Assembly (NCBI GenBank): GCA_951406725.2
Contig: OX597832.1
Location: forward strand, 14,446,001-14,510,000
DNA length: 64,000 nucleotides
Source of the DNA: Octopus vulgaris
Lineage: Eukaryota
Direction: 5' to 3'
Below are positions 25,182 through 41,088 of the stretch, piece after piece; within the stretch, counting starts at the first letter, position 1, and every line of letters begins with the position of its first letter. Made by a program: the position numbers and the translations under genes. The notes below the pieces were generated by a model. The model saw nothing but the letters and a program-made list of their open reading frames with translations, did not search any database and was not told where the DNA came from.

Positions 25182-26827
25182 AATATACATATACATATAT
25201 ATAAATATAAATGTGTTTGTATGTGGGTGTCTGTGAAACATAGCATATATTAAATATCGCGGCTTTCGTGAATTTCCTATTGAAGGAATCCTGCATAATG
25301 TTTGTGTCTACGCTGAGTAATCTTTTACTAGTTCAGAATATTGCTGTTTCAATGCACGTGGTAGTGTTACCATACTATCATACCATCGATTGGAAGAATT
25401 TACATAAATTTAGAGTGTTTGAGGGGTTGAACCGTGTTTCGTTCATAGTTTTCGATTTCTTGATGTAATAGAAACGCCATTATGCTTAAGTCTCTCACTT
25501 AATGCGCAGTGTTTTATTGACTTGCAGCTCTATGTAATATCATTTGTTGGATATTAAGGATACGCTAAACCGTTTTGTCAATTATAAGCTCAGTTCCAAG
25601 AACCTTCTTAGTATCCGTAGAAAACGAGATGAATGTCCTCGCGGGCTCGTGTAAAGATAGTTTAATGTTACGTAGAAATTATTTTGAAATTATTTTACGC
25701 TGAAGTCGAATCAGTAGGTGAGACCAAGTCGCTTGCGAGCTCCGATCAAAAATTTTACAACTTAATAATATTATCCCTGTTTTGATGTGAGCTCTCCGTA
25801 GATGTTCAACCTTGCACATGTCTATGGTGGCATAATCATTATCCTCATCATTATATCCCCTTGCTCACTGTCCTTAGTTTAAATTATTATTTTTTTTTTT
25901 GTGATCATGTAAAATTTCAATGTTCTGTACAAAAGAGTGCCAAATATCTAAAACAGCTATTCACTCAATGCTTCCTATAATAGCTATGATGCTGAAAGCT
26001 GTGCCATATATCTTAGTTATTGTACACTTTTTATGCATACCCTTTCTTCACTATTTATTGGAAAAACAAATGAAACGACCTTTTGCAGTCATCCCGACAA
26101 TAATCTATATAACCTCTAGCTTATATTCTCTACTACCCCCTATAGCGCAATACCCATTTGCAGCAAATTACTTCGTTTGTACTTTAATAATTCCATAATT
26201 GAAAACTTACGATACAAGTATTCCATATAAATTATGGTCTGTATACTGACATTCCTGAAATTATTTATGGCAAAAACGTTATTATTTATACATTTATAAT
26301 TTCATTTCGATGAATTTTCTTGATTTATGAATTTCCTTTATTGTTCTGTGTAAGAATCATGAATATTTCCATTATCTTACAACGCTAATTTTTTTTGTGA
26401 ATTTGGTCGTTTCTCTGACGTCACTTTCTTTCATTAGTGACGACGTATTTCTTTTAAATATAATTGGTTTGGAAATATTTTTCATTGTCGTATGATTGTA
26501 ACACGTGTGTCTATTCAGTGCTTTAGCTATACTATCTAAGGTGCAATCTTTCACGACTATCTTTATTGCAAATTTCACTAGCTGAGTGAGAGTAATGACG
26601 TTCAAAATTTTCGTCTTACTTCAACCGTTTTTCCCAAACACATGTCTTATTGTGATTATATGTCGCGATACTATGTTGATGCGTTTCAGTAATATAGCTC
26701 TAAAAACAAATCGCAACTATCGCTAGCTGTCCAGTTATCTTAAAATTTTTGAAATTGGCTCTAAGATATGAAGTCTTTTTAAGTAGTTTTATTTTTCAGG
26801 AACATTTTTACACCCAACTCGTAAAAA

Positions 26828-27053
26828 TATTTCTTCACTACCCACAAGGGGCTAAACATAGAGGGGACAAACAAGGACAAAGGGATTAAGTCGATTACAT
26901 TGGACCAGTGCGAAACTGGTACTTTATATATCGACCCCGAGAAGATGAAAGGCAAAGTCGACCTCGGCAGAATTTGAACTCAGAACGTAACGACAGACGA
27001 AATACCTCTAAGCATTTCGCCTGGCACGCTAACGTTTCTGCCAGCTCGCCGCC
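26828..27053 (-). mobile_element. Full-length OR-like CORE SINE with target-site duplication
   Basis: Head ggcggcgagctggcagaaacgttagc; CORE-like ttcggggtcgat...aagtacc; flanks cccaactcgta..atatt on both sides. Confidence 0.9.
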
Positions 27054-27699
27054 TCCCCAACTCGTACATATTCAATGTATAAAAAATCCAAGAGCTAACA
27101 AATTCTATTCCGAATACAGAATCTGAATTTTGAATTTATTTTCGGATTTCGCGAAACGTAGTAATCCTTTTAGAATTTAAAAGAATTTAACAAGAGAGAA
27201 ATAGAAAAAAGGTAATGAAATTAATCAAGCGGCAAGAAATATTTGCGTCATAAAATATTTAGTCCTCAACGATTATTCCACGGAATGTTTCATCAAATTG
27301 TTTTCAGAATTTTGAGAACATATTCTCTTGAAAACGTTCAGGCACAGAAGATATTATAGATACAAACCTCGTAGGTGACCCTGTCGGACATACCAATCTC
27401 GTACACTACTTCGTTGAACATGTGGGAAATAATAAGTCTATAACAGTATTTTATCAACACACAAATTAAACAGACTAAATTGATTTCCTTCATCTGTGAA
27501 ACGTATGGTAGATTGCCTATTACCAATTGGCTAATTAACGTCTACACATGAATTCATACTTGGCTAAAACTGCCATTAATAAATATTTGAGTAATCCTAC
27601 GTACCATATAATACCTTAACAAAGCACACATTTCATACAGATAGGGGAAAGCTCTTTTACAATTTACTTCTCTCGATTTTGATATTATTCTAATATTAG

Positions 27700-27980
27700 T
27701 TACTTGGCCTAGTAGTAAGTGCAGCGGACTCACGGTCGAGAGATCGCGATCTCGAATCTCAAACCAAGCGACGATTGTGTGTATGAGCGAAAAACGTAAG
27801 ATCAACGCGGCTCCGGCAGAAGATAACGGTGAACTTCTGCTGACTCTTTCGCCACAGCTTTCCATTCTCGTGCATCTAGCAGCTCATCGGCGTCCCGTCT
27901 AGTTGGGTGACCTATACACCAATAAAACCGGGAAACCGGCCCCTATGATCTAGGCATGGCAAGAGAAGGAACAAACAGCA
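27700..27980 (+). mobile_element. tRNA-derived SINE (third family)
   Basis: A-box tggcctagtagtaag, degenerate B-box, 3' gtcccgtc...aaaccgggaaaccggccc; related copy at 46380-46655. Confidence 0.65.
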
Positions 27981-29777
27981 ATATTACTTATTTTGTGCAG
28001 TAAATAATCATGTACGTATAAGTGTATTTTGGTGTTTCTGCTTCATGGTGTGTTATTAGTTCTGGTTTTTAAACATTTATTTACTCAGAATGAATTTTTT
28101 TTCTTTTGGCTTGAAGATAGCAAAATGCAGGATTGACATACTCGTATCCAGCGATGCAACTCCCAAACACAAACACACACCTACGCAAACACATTCCCAC
28201 CGCAGTCTCCTTGTCTTTCCTTTCAGTCTCACTCCTTCCCTCTGCCCCTCTCTCTATCTCTCTCTCTCTCAAGCTCGTTCTCTTTCTGTATGAGAAGAGA
28301 TAATAAGAGATGGAAGCATGGATTAATTATAAACATCATATGCAAATTAATAGCTGAAACTGCATTGCGACAAGAATGGAATTCGTGAAATATTTCAAAC
28401 CGTTAAATAGACACCCAGCGAAAATGAAGCTTCGATATGCATACATACATACATACATACATACATACATACACGCATACGTACATAGAGAGAGATAAAC
28501 TGTTAGACTGACAGTCAGAGAGACAATCAGACAGATTAATAAATACATGCATACATATATATGTAAATGCCTGAATGCATACATACGTACATATAAGCAT
28601 ACGTGAAAAGCACACATACTTACATGCATACATGCATGCATATTTACATAAATTTATACTTACCGCTCAATTTATGTGTTTTATGTTTGAGCAATATTCA
28701 CGTATATACGTGTGTGTGTATGGTTGTGTGTGTGTCTGTGTGTTTATACGTAGGAATATTTTCAAATACATCCACATACATGTGAACACACTATTACTTG
28801 ACTGGGATCCATAGTGATTTTTCAAGCAATTTGTACATTGCTCACAAAGTCCCCTAAAATAGTTTTACATATGCCATTGATTTAGACGCTAAGCTTCGAA
28901 CCATGCGCAGATTGTAATAGCTGGCATCCATACCATTGTCAAGACTGATTTTAGACTTCATATCCGTGGATGTTAAAGGGTCCGGCTAGAGGGATATTGG
29001 ATGACATTTCCTTTAAAGATGTTCGGAGTAGAAACCCACCTCACCCCATAGGACTAAAATGTTTTCTTGATAACTTCAGAAAACTGTTGATAACTGTTAA
29101 AAGTCCTTATGGAACAGATATTGCAGCTACTCACCCAGTACCACCAAATGGTGATATACGAGTTTTTTTTTACTGATATTACAAACGTACGCATTTCGTG
29201 TGTACTCTTGGTATGCGCACACGCACAGACGCAGACACAGAAGCAAAGACAAATACAGCCACTCACATACGCACACAGTGATCTCAACAGATCTCCCAGC
29301 CTTGTTACCAGTCGTAGTGAACTATGTTATCAGCATATGTCCCGGCTGCATATTAATTAACACTATACATTCATTCAATTAATCAACAGAACTTCGATCG
29401 ACTCTTATTAATTACAGTGCGACCAAGATTTATGAATTTCTGCAAATTTATTTATTTGTTATTCTTACAAGTATCGTTATAATAAGTCTACGTAGGAAGA
29501 ATTCAGAATTCGTTCATGGTGAGTTCTAGAAGGAGAAATGTGTGGCCAAAACAACCAGATAAGGCCATTCACAGCCTAATGTGTTTTCCAGATGTTCTCT
29601 GTATGATGAGAATTTCTTTCCTGAACTTACTTCCGCGAGGAAATATTTTACCGTTATCGATTGCACAAGGACGTTGTATATATCATTGTGCACGCATGGT
29701 TTTTAATCAGCATTGCTTCGTGTGACTTAATTTTATCACATTTGTTAATATCTGTTTATATGATCATTTATTATACG

Positions 29778-30180
29778 GGTGGCAAGCTTGCAGAATCGCT
29801 AGCATGTCGGGCGTAGTGCTTAGCGGTATTTCGTCTGCCGTTACGTTCTGGGATCAAATTCCACCGAGGTCGACTTTGCCTTTCATCCTTTCGGGGTCGA
29901 TAAATAAAGTACCAATTATGCACTGGGTTTGATGTAATATATTTAACCCCTTTGTCTGTCCTTGTTTGTCCTCTCTGTGTGTTGCCCCTTGTGGATAGTA
30001 AATAAATTGGTATTTCGCCTGCCGTTACGTTCTGAGTTCAAATTCCGCCAAATTCGACTTTGTCTTTCATCAGATAAGGGTTGACAAAATAAGTACAAGC
30101 CGAGCACTATGGTCGATGTACACGGTTTCATTCCCTTCACCAATTTCTGATCTTGTGCCACAATTCGAAACCGTTATTAT
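29778..30180 (+). mobile_element. Tandem OR-like SINE dimer (full unit 29778-30007; 5'-truncated unit 30009-30180 with a different tail)
   Basis: ggtatttcg.ctgccgttacgttctg...caaattcc repeated; CORE cctttcggggtcgataaataaagtacc. Confidence 0.85.
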
Positions 30181-31004
30181 AAAATAAATTTTGGATTAAT
30201 CTGAAGCGTTACTCCGTACTTTTGTAGTGTAGAAATTTATCTCTTTCACAAGAATAGTATTGGCAGTGATTTTGATATTTCGGTCAATTCTATTAAACGT
30301 CAATTTTTCAAAACCTGTCATTAGTCATAGTGAAAAGAAAATTTTAGATAATTTTCTTCATGGTGGAGGAAAGAATGTGCGAAGAGTTTTTTCCGTAGGA
30401 TACAGACAACCACCTACTCATTTAAAATATTTTCAGTAGAATTAAAATGCATATTAATGCAGTGTCTCAGAAATTACAAGAGGTATAGAGATGAACGTAG
30501 AAACGTGGACCATAGTTTTCTGAATATATTGGTAGACGTCTAAAATTATGCACCATTGCAAACTCAGCGACCCACGTATTCAGTGTGATGGGAATGTGAT
30601 TGGCATGTTCTACTGAACCTCATTTATGTGTGCGTTTATATGTGAGTGTGTATAGAGAGGCACATACATATATATGTGTATGTATATATACAGATGTACA
30701 CACATACAGACACACGCACATATATATTTATACAGAGAGATCGAAAGAGAGAGGCAGATATATACATAGATACGTATGCATATATAAATACATATATATA
30801 TATATATATGCATATATATATATATATATACACATATGTGTAGACGTACTATGTCATATAGAAGTGCAAAGTCGAAACTGTTTCATGCAGTGTATGTATT
30901 CATATATATATATATATATATATGTACACACACTCATTTATAAATATATATATACATGCATATATATGCATATACAAATACATACTTACACACACACACA
31001 CAAA

Positions 31005-31087
<83 letters not shown>

Positions 31088-32499
31088 CGAACACTCATAT
31101 ACATTAAAATTGAATGTAATGCATTAGAGGTAACACATTTTCACTGATTTACGTACATCTTCAGGCTTATATTTAAAATTTGCTCTAATTATAAACTAAT
31201 AAGTCTTGTAATTGACACTTCGAAAGGTAAATTTACTCATGAAAAAATGCATCTTAGAACATATCTAATGGTATAGAAATCTTATGATGAACATGCATCA
31301 ATATAGTCTTACCTGAACGCAAGTACTTAAACTCTTATAGCATTGACATGTTAAAAGTTCCAAAAACATACAATCATAGAGTTACATTCATTTGCACACG
31401 CGCATATATAAGATAAACGTGTAGGAAACCGGTAACTTTTTATATTTTAGGAAAGTGTTTTTATTTTGTTAGTTAACCATATAATCACATTTGGAAAGAT
31501 ATAGGCTTAAAGTTGCAAGTTAATAATGTTTGGAAGTTATCTCATGTATTAGAGTATTATTTTCCTAAGGATTCACAAACGCTCCTGAATTTATAGAGGG
31601 AAAATGTATTCAGGGTCTAAGTTTCGATTTCCTGAGACAGTGCTCACTGAATTGCTGACAGCAGAATATAATTGATTTCGCCAATATCTACGTCAAACTA
31701 TTTCATGTGCAATACACGCGAAACGTTAAATAGATGCATGCATATATATATATGTATGTATATATATATATATACATCATATAAATTTTATGTACGTATG
31801 TATATATATATATGTACATATGTACATACGTGTTTAAGTGCATATATTATATGGTTTTCCTATTTAGTTCTCGTAATTATTTTGTTCCTTACATTTTAAC
31901 ATGAGCGAATTATTTCTAAGTCTTCGTATAATAAATAAAACATACGTTTCAGTATACCGAGAAAATGTACACGTGTATGTGTATAGGATTATATGTACAC
32001 ACATACCAACACACACACACACACACATACACATACACACACATATATATGTATATACACACGAGGCTTGAAGGATTGTGAGTTTCTAAGTCGATAGAGT
32101 GTAACGTTTGCGCATATAGTGATGTGATATCTTGAAAATATTTCACGGAATTATCCTTTAGAAAAGGATCGATATGTTTTACGGATTTTGCTGACGCAGT
32201 GCAAGTGATAAAAGAGAACGCGATTATATGATCGTTAACGAGTGTTAGCTGCACAAGTAATAGGATAGAGTCCACGATTTGAGATCTTTTCTATCGTATT
32301 ATTTACAGGCTCGAGTATTTTCATGGTGGCCATTGTGAGGCATGGTCTTGAATTGACCAATCGAACAAACTCGAACACAGTCATTTCTTTCAATTCTGCT
32401 ATTTACTTTGCCCCTTCCTACTGCCGCGAATGAAATAAATCATCACCATTTGTACTCCTGTAGAGTAAAACAAATGCGAACACTAACGCCCACACTCAC

Positions 32500-32625
32500 A
32501 CAAACACACACACACGGCGGGCTTCAGCTGAGTTTTTTGTCAACAAAATTCATTAACAATGCATTCGTTTGTCCAGGCTATACTGGAAGACATTTGTACA
32601 TGGTAAAATCCCATTGGGGCAGGCA
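32500..32625 (-). mobile_element. Degenerate OK-like SINE fragment
   Basis: cggcgggcttc...caggctatactggaagacatttg aligns to the 50281-50360 region. Confidence 0.45.
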
Positions 32626-34221
32626 TAATTGACTTCGTTGTGTCTGGTTCGGCGTTTTTCAGGTGTATTCATGAATATATTTTCACTATTTCAGACTTAA
32701 TATTTTTTTTCTGAAAAGCCAAGCTTTGTGATCAAAGGCAAGTGTTGAAGAGGGGTCAGTTAGTAAATGAATCTATGTATATAAAGCCGTGAAATGTACA
32801 AATTACTGAAGTAATTATTGCCATTTGGGATTTAACTAGCGTTAAACGTTTTGTATTACGGGACCCACAAAAAGGAGATAACAGGAAACAGAATCATAAA
32901 AATATATCTAAAGTAAGCTAGGGTGGAATAAAGTAAGAGAAACTGAGATGTGAAATAAATTAATTAAAAGCATTAACAAAAGTATTTGCGTACACACACA
33001 CGCACAGACATACAGAATAGATACACACACACACACACATACACGTATATATATACATGAACGTATAGAGAAAAGGGGGGTAAAATTCAGATTGGCAAAT
33101 AGGCATGTCTGCTTTCCATCCCTCTTCTTCCCATTCCTTTCCTTTATTTATTTTTTTTTTTGCTCTCACGGTTTTAAAACTGCCAATCGAATGCGGCTGG
33201 AAGTGGTTTCTCCTTGAGCAGAAGGATACAGATTATTAAAAGGAAGAAAGAAAAAGCCAAACATTTGGCGTCTCTCGAAAATACATTTAATTTAGATGCA
33301 GACTAAACCGATACTATTACATTATATTCTTCATCTGTGTTATCTATCTAAATTGAATCTTGTTTTTTTTTACGTGATGCCAAATATTTGCTCTTATATT
33401 TCATATATATATATATATATATGCACTTAAGTATATAGTTGTACGTACATAGATAGATTAAAAGAGATATACATAAAGAGAGCGTCAGACAGAGAAGCAC
33501 AAGCAGGGTATTTCATTATACATTATAACTGTGAACATACATCTGTATGTATCTGCGTGATTCTGTTGTTAGCGAGCACTCCTATCTCAAATGTTGTCAT
33601 TGATGATCTATCTAATGTACAATCGCTGAGAAAACTGGCAAAACTCTTGTGAAATTGGCTACATTTTAAAAATATCGTTTATTTATAAGTTATCTAGAAA
33701 GCCCTTTAATTTCCATAAAATAAATTTGCATCTGACTATTAAATAAATTATGTGATACGTATCTATTGTGATAGCAAGTTTCTGCTTTCCAAATATAAGG
33801 GATAGATCAAAGAACGAAGCTATATAAAGTTGCGATATATACATTCTAATTGATTTTAAAATGACAACATCAAATGAAATGACATTTAGGGTTTAAATTG
33901 TAAAGTTATTGGGAAGATATTGCTTCATACCAACCAGAACAACAAGCCTAGACGATGTAATAGCGCACATGCATATCAGGAAATATTTCCTGCAAAATGC
34001 ATTATATCATTTGCAGTAAGTAGCAGATGGTTTTCCATTCGAAGGATTCTGCAATAAACATACTATGTTATAAAGAGTAGCTATCTATTTATCTACGTAT
34101 CAATGCACATCATTTTCTCTTTCCAATTTTTAAGAGAGCCTCTTTCTCCTGATACATGAGTATGTACTACATATGTGTGTATATACTCACGCACACGCGC
34201 ATACACACATGCATATATCGA

Positions 34222-34580
34222 ATATATAAAATCGTTCTGTCTTTCTGTGTGTGTATCTTCTAGGATCTCGGGCATCCTCCATCCGATTGCGCTCAAATTT
34301 GCTATGTGGATACCGACGGTATCGAGACGTGTATAAATCTTGAAAAAATTACAAAAATCGATTGCAGGTGAGGATCGAAGAGAGAAGATTAATTCCTAGT
34401 TACGTTGAAGTTGGGAATCTGGATGGCCCTGGTCGAGGAGAATCCGAACACTGACAGATATTATAACGAATTACCGGTAGAGAGGAAATGGCCCAGCGCT
34501 CGGACAGTGCTTTCAATATGTTCCGGGGATTGGTGTTAGCTACGTGACACCAGCATCGGCCCGAAAGGTGCTTTTCCGAG
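34222..34580 (+). mobile_element. Possible Helitron-like non-autonomous element 5' portion
   Basis: atatataaaatcgttctgtc...tgtgtgtgt...ccgattgcgctcaaattt resembles the start of 8085-8715. Confidence 0.35.
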
Positions 34581-34608
34581 CTACGCATATACATACATGC
34601 ATACATAC

Positions 34609-34669
<61 letters not shown>

Positions 34670-34670
<1 letters not shown>

Positions 34671-34870
34671 TAGCAGCTAAGCCCGGTCTCAACTGGTCGG
34701 TTTGGATGATGTGGCTGTAAAACCTGCTCTGTGTAAGCATTCGACTTGTTTCAGAAGGCTTCCGTTAAAAAAAACAATTTTTGAATGACCTTTTTCTGTC
34801 AAAACGCTACAAATTTCTGACCAACAATAAAAAACCAACCAAATCAAAAAATAAATTAAAATACTAAGCG
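34670..34870 (-). mobile_element. Possible Helitron 3' terminus
   Basis: Minus strand ends ccagttgagaccgggcttagctgCTAA|t: imperfect hairpin ~10 nt before CTRR. Confidence 0.4.
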
Positions 34871-35304
34871 AAAACAAAGATGAACCATTGCGTGCGCACG
34901 TGCACGCACACAAACACAAAAATACACACACACGCACATTCACACACATTCACATACACCCTTTACACACACACATATTCACGCAGAGTTCAAACAGTGT
35001 TTGATTTATTTTTTAGCGTACAATTTTCATCATCCCAATCCCAAGATTTACATCACTCCTTCCTTCCTTATTCATCTATCACCACTTCTTTTCTCATTCA
35101 TAAACACAACTGTACAATTGTAGTAAATTTTCTAGGTAACCATATGAGCTATGAAAATATAGAACGCCCAGCATCCCCATCGGATCATTCTACACATTTA
35201 GATTTTTGCGCAATTCCCCCGAGCTGTGTGACTGTGAATCAAAATTGCTCGTGTCAAATTTACATGTACATATGTGTGTGTGTGTGTGCGCGCGCACGTG
35301 TGTA

Positions 35305-35381
<77 letters not shown>

Positions 35382-35921
35382 GTATATGTATATATGCACA
35401 TATTTACTAATACACATGTACATGTCTAAATTATATTAATTATATATTGAGTTTAATAAAGTGTAACATTTTCTGTTTCTAATACTGCAACGATAAATCG
35501 AAATTAGTTTAACTGCACGTTTATTAACTGATACTGAAATATCAGAAAATTCGTGTCTGTCTTCCAGTATATCGTAAGAAATAATTTGGCGTTTATACCG
35601 AGTAATGATTAACTACATCATGCCAAGTGTATAAACACCAAGTTTTGATCTTCTCCATAAATTATTAAGTAGCACACTTTCTGTACTTTTGAAATAATTA
35701 AAATTCTTTGGAACGTACGACTTTTAATGTCGTACGTTCTGCCTGAGATACAAAAAGCAAATGCTTTCAAATGTTAGTCGAAATGTCCACTTACCTAATG
35801 CTATTTTTCCTGTTTGGCAATAACATATATATATATGCATATATAAATTCACTACCTTCCCATAAAATATTTTGCGGATTCAAGTCAGCATTATTTTCCA
35901 GCGTGTATGTATATACGACAA

Positions 35922-35964
<43 letters not shown>

Positions 35965-37753
35965 GACAATGAGCTATCTAACAAATAATATTATATACAT
36001 CATAAAACTAACTTTAGTTGCACATATCCAAATGTTATGTGTTTATTGTGAACATTTATTTCGTTCATTTTTTATGAAAAAAATTATTAAAATTACATTA
36101 CGGATGTTTGAAGAATTAACGAGAACACTAAGTACCAAATGACGCCCATTTATACAGTCACACACTCAAGATATATGTGCCTTGATTATACGCCCAATTT
36201 ACTGCAGCATAGCGTCCAGTGAAATATGGCTACACGAGGCCGCGTGTTAAAAACACAGAAGCTCCATATCAGAAGAGTCAGCTCACCTCGGACCATCGAC
36301 AATGTAGATTACTTGAACTGCTTAAATTCGTGCGCATACGTACACGCTCACACATTCACACACAAACACACACATACATATATATGTGTGTGTATGTGTG
36401 TGAGTGTGTGTTTTTGCGTTTATTCTGCATACATCTACAAATAAAATTAAACGTAGGACAATCTTCCTTCTTGAAGAACACACAAAAGCGCAGGCACAAT
36501 ATATAGAATACTAGCTTTATTTTTGCTCTTAATGAGGGATGAACAATTTCTACGTTACCCGCGTATTTTAGTTGAATTGAAGGGAAAAACTCGATAAAAT
36601 GAGATCTTATCCTCACTTAATAGCGTTCCATAACAAATATTTTTTATTAATCTCACTCCCCTCCGTTGACGGCATTGTGTTAAAGCATATACAAGCTACT
36701 TTATAGCATACACGAAAACGGATAGATGCATGTAAGTTTTCCAACATTTACGTGGAAGTAGAATAATCATCGTCAAAGCTTATCTAATCAAAATAACTAC
36801 TATACAGATTTTAAAGGTATATAGGTTTGATGTAAATTTTCTGACGTAATTATATGAAATTGTATATGAAACTGTGACTCGAACAAAATTGGCCTGTCAA
36901 AACTTTTAAAATACAAGTGTGCATTTTGGCAATATTTAATTGTTTAAAAGATGTATTATTCGGGATTTCGCTAAAAATATTTTAAGGTAGGAGCAAATGT
37001 TTAGACTCCTAAGGAAACAAAGTAATTCTGGTTGGAGAACAGTCTGAAATCGAGCTTGCCTATTTCAATGGAGCTTACTAAGTTCAAAGAGAGATCACAT
37101 AATTTATTAAGAAAATTACTGTTGGTATTGTTTAGTCTTTCTAGTATATCACATTCGGATAAATTTGATACGGGCCTGACATATCCATTGTAATATTAAA
37201 TTATTCAGCAGATTGCACTGCTGTGAAATACTGCACATAGTTCGAACGAAATGTTACTAGGGAATGAATGTAGGTTTATCATCCTTATATATACGTCTTC
37301 GATACAGCTAAATCAGTACGCTCTAATTTGTGCAAGAATGAGAAATGTTCAATTACACAGTCTTTAGACACATAATAAGCTTCTACTGTAAAATTGAATA
37401 TACTGACTTTCTATATAAGAAAATATATGTAATATATTCAATACTTTTGCGATGGGAAAGAGAATGGACAACCCTCTTGTCAATATCAAGTTATTTGGAA
37501 ATTTGTATTTTTTTTTTCTTTGGGAAATATGTTTTAGCAATAACAGCAACATTTCGTTTCAAATATAAATCTACCATATATAAATAAACGTACTAAGATA
37601 TTTAAACAAATACAGTGCGTTGCATATTGTTTTTATGTATCTAAATATCCATAAACAATCCACTACATAACATCAATTTTGTGGTAGATCAATTGAATTA
37701 AATCCAACTGTATGTATAAGAAATATCTAAATGTTACTATACTCTATTTCTTG

Positions 37754-37789
<36 letters not shown>

Positions 37790-37791
37790 GC

Positions 37792-37843
<52 letters not shown>

Positions 37844-39564
37844 GTGTGTGTGCGTGTGTGTATTAAAACAGGGAAAAACTGTAAAAAAATAAAATGTTTA
37901 ATCTAGTGACAGAGATATTCAGAGTCACGAAGCAATTAAAAGAAATAACATTTGGATTCCGTAAAACAAAAACGTTCGCTAAATATGTACGTTTACAATG
38001 AATAGTCACAGTAAGTAAAATGTCTATCTATATATTTAAACATAGTGTAGATATTTAAATATTATTTACACATCTCTGTGCAGAGAAAGTCCGGATAGGT
38101 ATATGTGTTTGTCAATAACCATGTATGTATTATGTGATTCCTCGAAGCGCTTTTATTTATTTATTTTTTTCACCAATATTGCAAATCGAGAAAATGGAAT
38201 ATTTGCAAAGTTTCTTTCCGCAGAATTTCATATTGAATTAATTCTATGGATGGCAGAGTGAGAAAATATATGTTTCTAAGTTACCGCTAATTTCATCGTC
38301 CTTTTCAGAAAAGTGTTACACAATTACAAATATATATATATAAATATATATAAATATATATTATATCATACATTACACACACACGCACATGCTTATATTT
38401 CTTATATTTATTTATATATTGAACGCTTGCATGAAGTGTCTACTTTAATCCAATTCCAGTTTGAATATTTCTATAAAATATATGGTGCATATTTTTTTCA
38501 AAAATTCATACTCGGTCAATAAGACACACACTAACGCGAACATGTATGTGTGCATATTCACATGTCAGTATAAGTATATGTGTGTGTGTGTATGTATATA
38601 TGTATGTGTGTGTTTTTCTGTGTGTGTCTGTTTGATTGTGTATGTATGTGTATTTAGATGTAAAGTTATATAGAAAATGGAATGCAAACAAATAAAAAAT
38701 AATTAGATATACCAATATATCTGACAACCATGAAAAGGATAGTGCAACATGAATTCTACATATATTTTGCAAGTATTCAATAAACAGCACATATTTTTTG
38801 ATATTGGTGTAGAATACAATTCACATGAAAGAGAAAGAATGCTGTAAATACTGGTTTTATTATTTCAATCAATTACGTTTATACTCGCTCGCATTCACTC
38901 ACCGAATGCACTGATACACGTACTTATATGAAAAATATATATATACAAATCACAAACACGCAAATATTCTCTCTCTCTCACTCACACTTACTCACACAAT
39001 CATAAATATTCGAAATATGTCCGTATGTATTGATGTGGGTATACGTAAAACCGTAAAGTCTTGTGTGCGTGTTTATGAGAAAATACTACGTAGGGAATCA
39101 AAGCCAGTTCTTTTTAATACGTTTGAATAAAGTTCTTGTTATTTTATGCCGTATCAATTGATCTACCACCATCCATTCACTTTCTCACTTACTCCCTAAC
39201 GCTTTTTTTCTTTTTTCTGAATCTCTTTGCTGCTGTTTATTTACTTTTGTACACCACCGCAATCATATTTTGTATCTGTTCTTCATCCATGTGACTCTCG
39301 GCCGGTATTGTTTTTCATGTAAATATGTATATGCGTGCACAGATTTTTGGTAGAATATATGCATATCGATATGTATGTAAGTACATATGTATGCATATAC
39401 GTATGTACGTATATATGTAAATACACATGCATATAAGTATACACACACACACACACACACATACACATATATATATATATATATATACATAAAGGGGGAG
39501 AGAGAGATACACATATATTTACATACATGTATATATAAAGTATATGTTTATCTATCTATTTGTT

Positions 39565-39600
<36 letters not shown>

Positions 39601-39731
39601 CTTATATATATACACACACATTTATGCATAAACGAATACAAGTGTATATGTATGTATGCATGCGTGTGTATATATGTATATACACACACATGTTCTCACA
39701 TGCATATACTCACGCATGCATACACACACAA

Positions 39732-39776
<45 letters not shown>

Positions 39777-41013
39777 CATATACATGTATGTGTGTATCTG
39801 TGCGTGTGTGTGTACGCAAGGCGTAAGTCACTGGCTACGTCAATATTCGTACATATATACATGTCATTTTAAAGGTATAAATTTAAGCAATACATACTTC
39901 CTTGATAATTTAATTTCATTCAGAAGATGTGTATTTCCAGAGGGTATATAGTCAATAAACTAAACAGAACGCCACCAGCGCATTATGTATTACACATCAA
40001 GTGTTATACAAAAGTATATCTCCCTATTTATATTTATAGTCTTCTATATCTCTATTCAAGTATCAATTTTTGTAAGCATAATTCTTACATACCAAGTGCT
40101 GTCATTTAGATCGCTTGAATGACGGGAATTTTAGTCAAATCACCCCTGAAATGTATATTTTTAAACCAGGAAAAGTGCGTTGGCGAATGTGGTCTTCAAT
40201 ATCCCACGGCTTAATACAAAAATCATATATCCATACGTCAAAAGCATTTTATACTAGATTTTCTTACGAATGGATCGTTTCATGCGAAATAAAAATAGAA
40301 CCACCTCGACCACTACACGACTGTCAACACAAATGCAAACATGCACGCCTACATCACAGCACACGAATGAAATAATAGCATTAATAAAAAAGAAAATATA
40401 GAGAGCATCGAAAAGAGAGTCAGAAATCTTACTGTTCTTGTGTTTAGAGCGAACGTTTTAATTTCGAAAAAGAAATCATGTATCTAAAGATTTTCATTTT
40501 GAAATATCTTTTGAGATATGATGTTTGCACATTTTAAGTGTTGAGATGTAAAGGATTGTAGCATGGCTAATATTTAAAAATTGTTGTGTGGAAGATTAGT
40601 AGATTCCCTTGCCAGTACAGGATTAAATACCTTCATGAACATTATGAATGAGAGCTCAAAAAGAGTTTTGATTAGTGTATGATAGGTGATTAAATACTGT
40701 ACGATCATTTCGTTTTCAGAAAGCGTGTATATTTTGATTCAATACTCATAAAAAAATACCCATAAAATGTAAAGTCTGCACACAGCACAAAGGAAACAAA
40801 TATTTCACTCCATGAGTGCGTTCAAACCGAATACAATTGGATTAATTCGCATTGAAGACATTAATTATTTTGAATTTGCAAAATTCTTCGCCGTCAAGTT
40901 TTAAACAGACTCGTATTTTGAAAATTTTCTACTGAAAATTGATTACGGAATACAGGCAAGTGTGGTATCTAATTGTCGATATCAAAGACGAACATACACC
41001 ATAAACTAAAGTG

Positions 41014-41088
<75 letters not shown>

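Noticed and set aside
31125-31170. Minus-strand CUGAAGA...GAAA
   Set aside because: Stems I and II do not pair convincingly.
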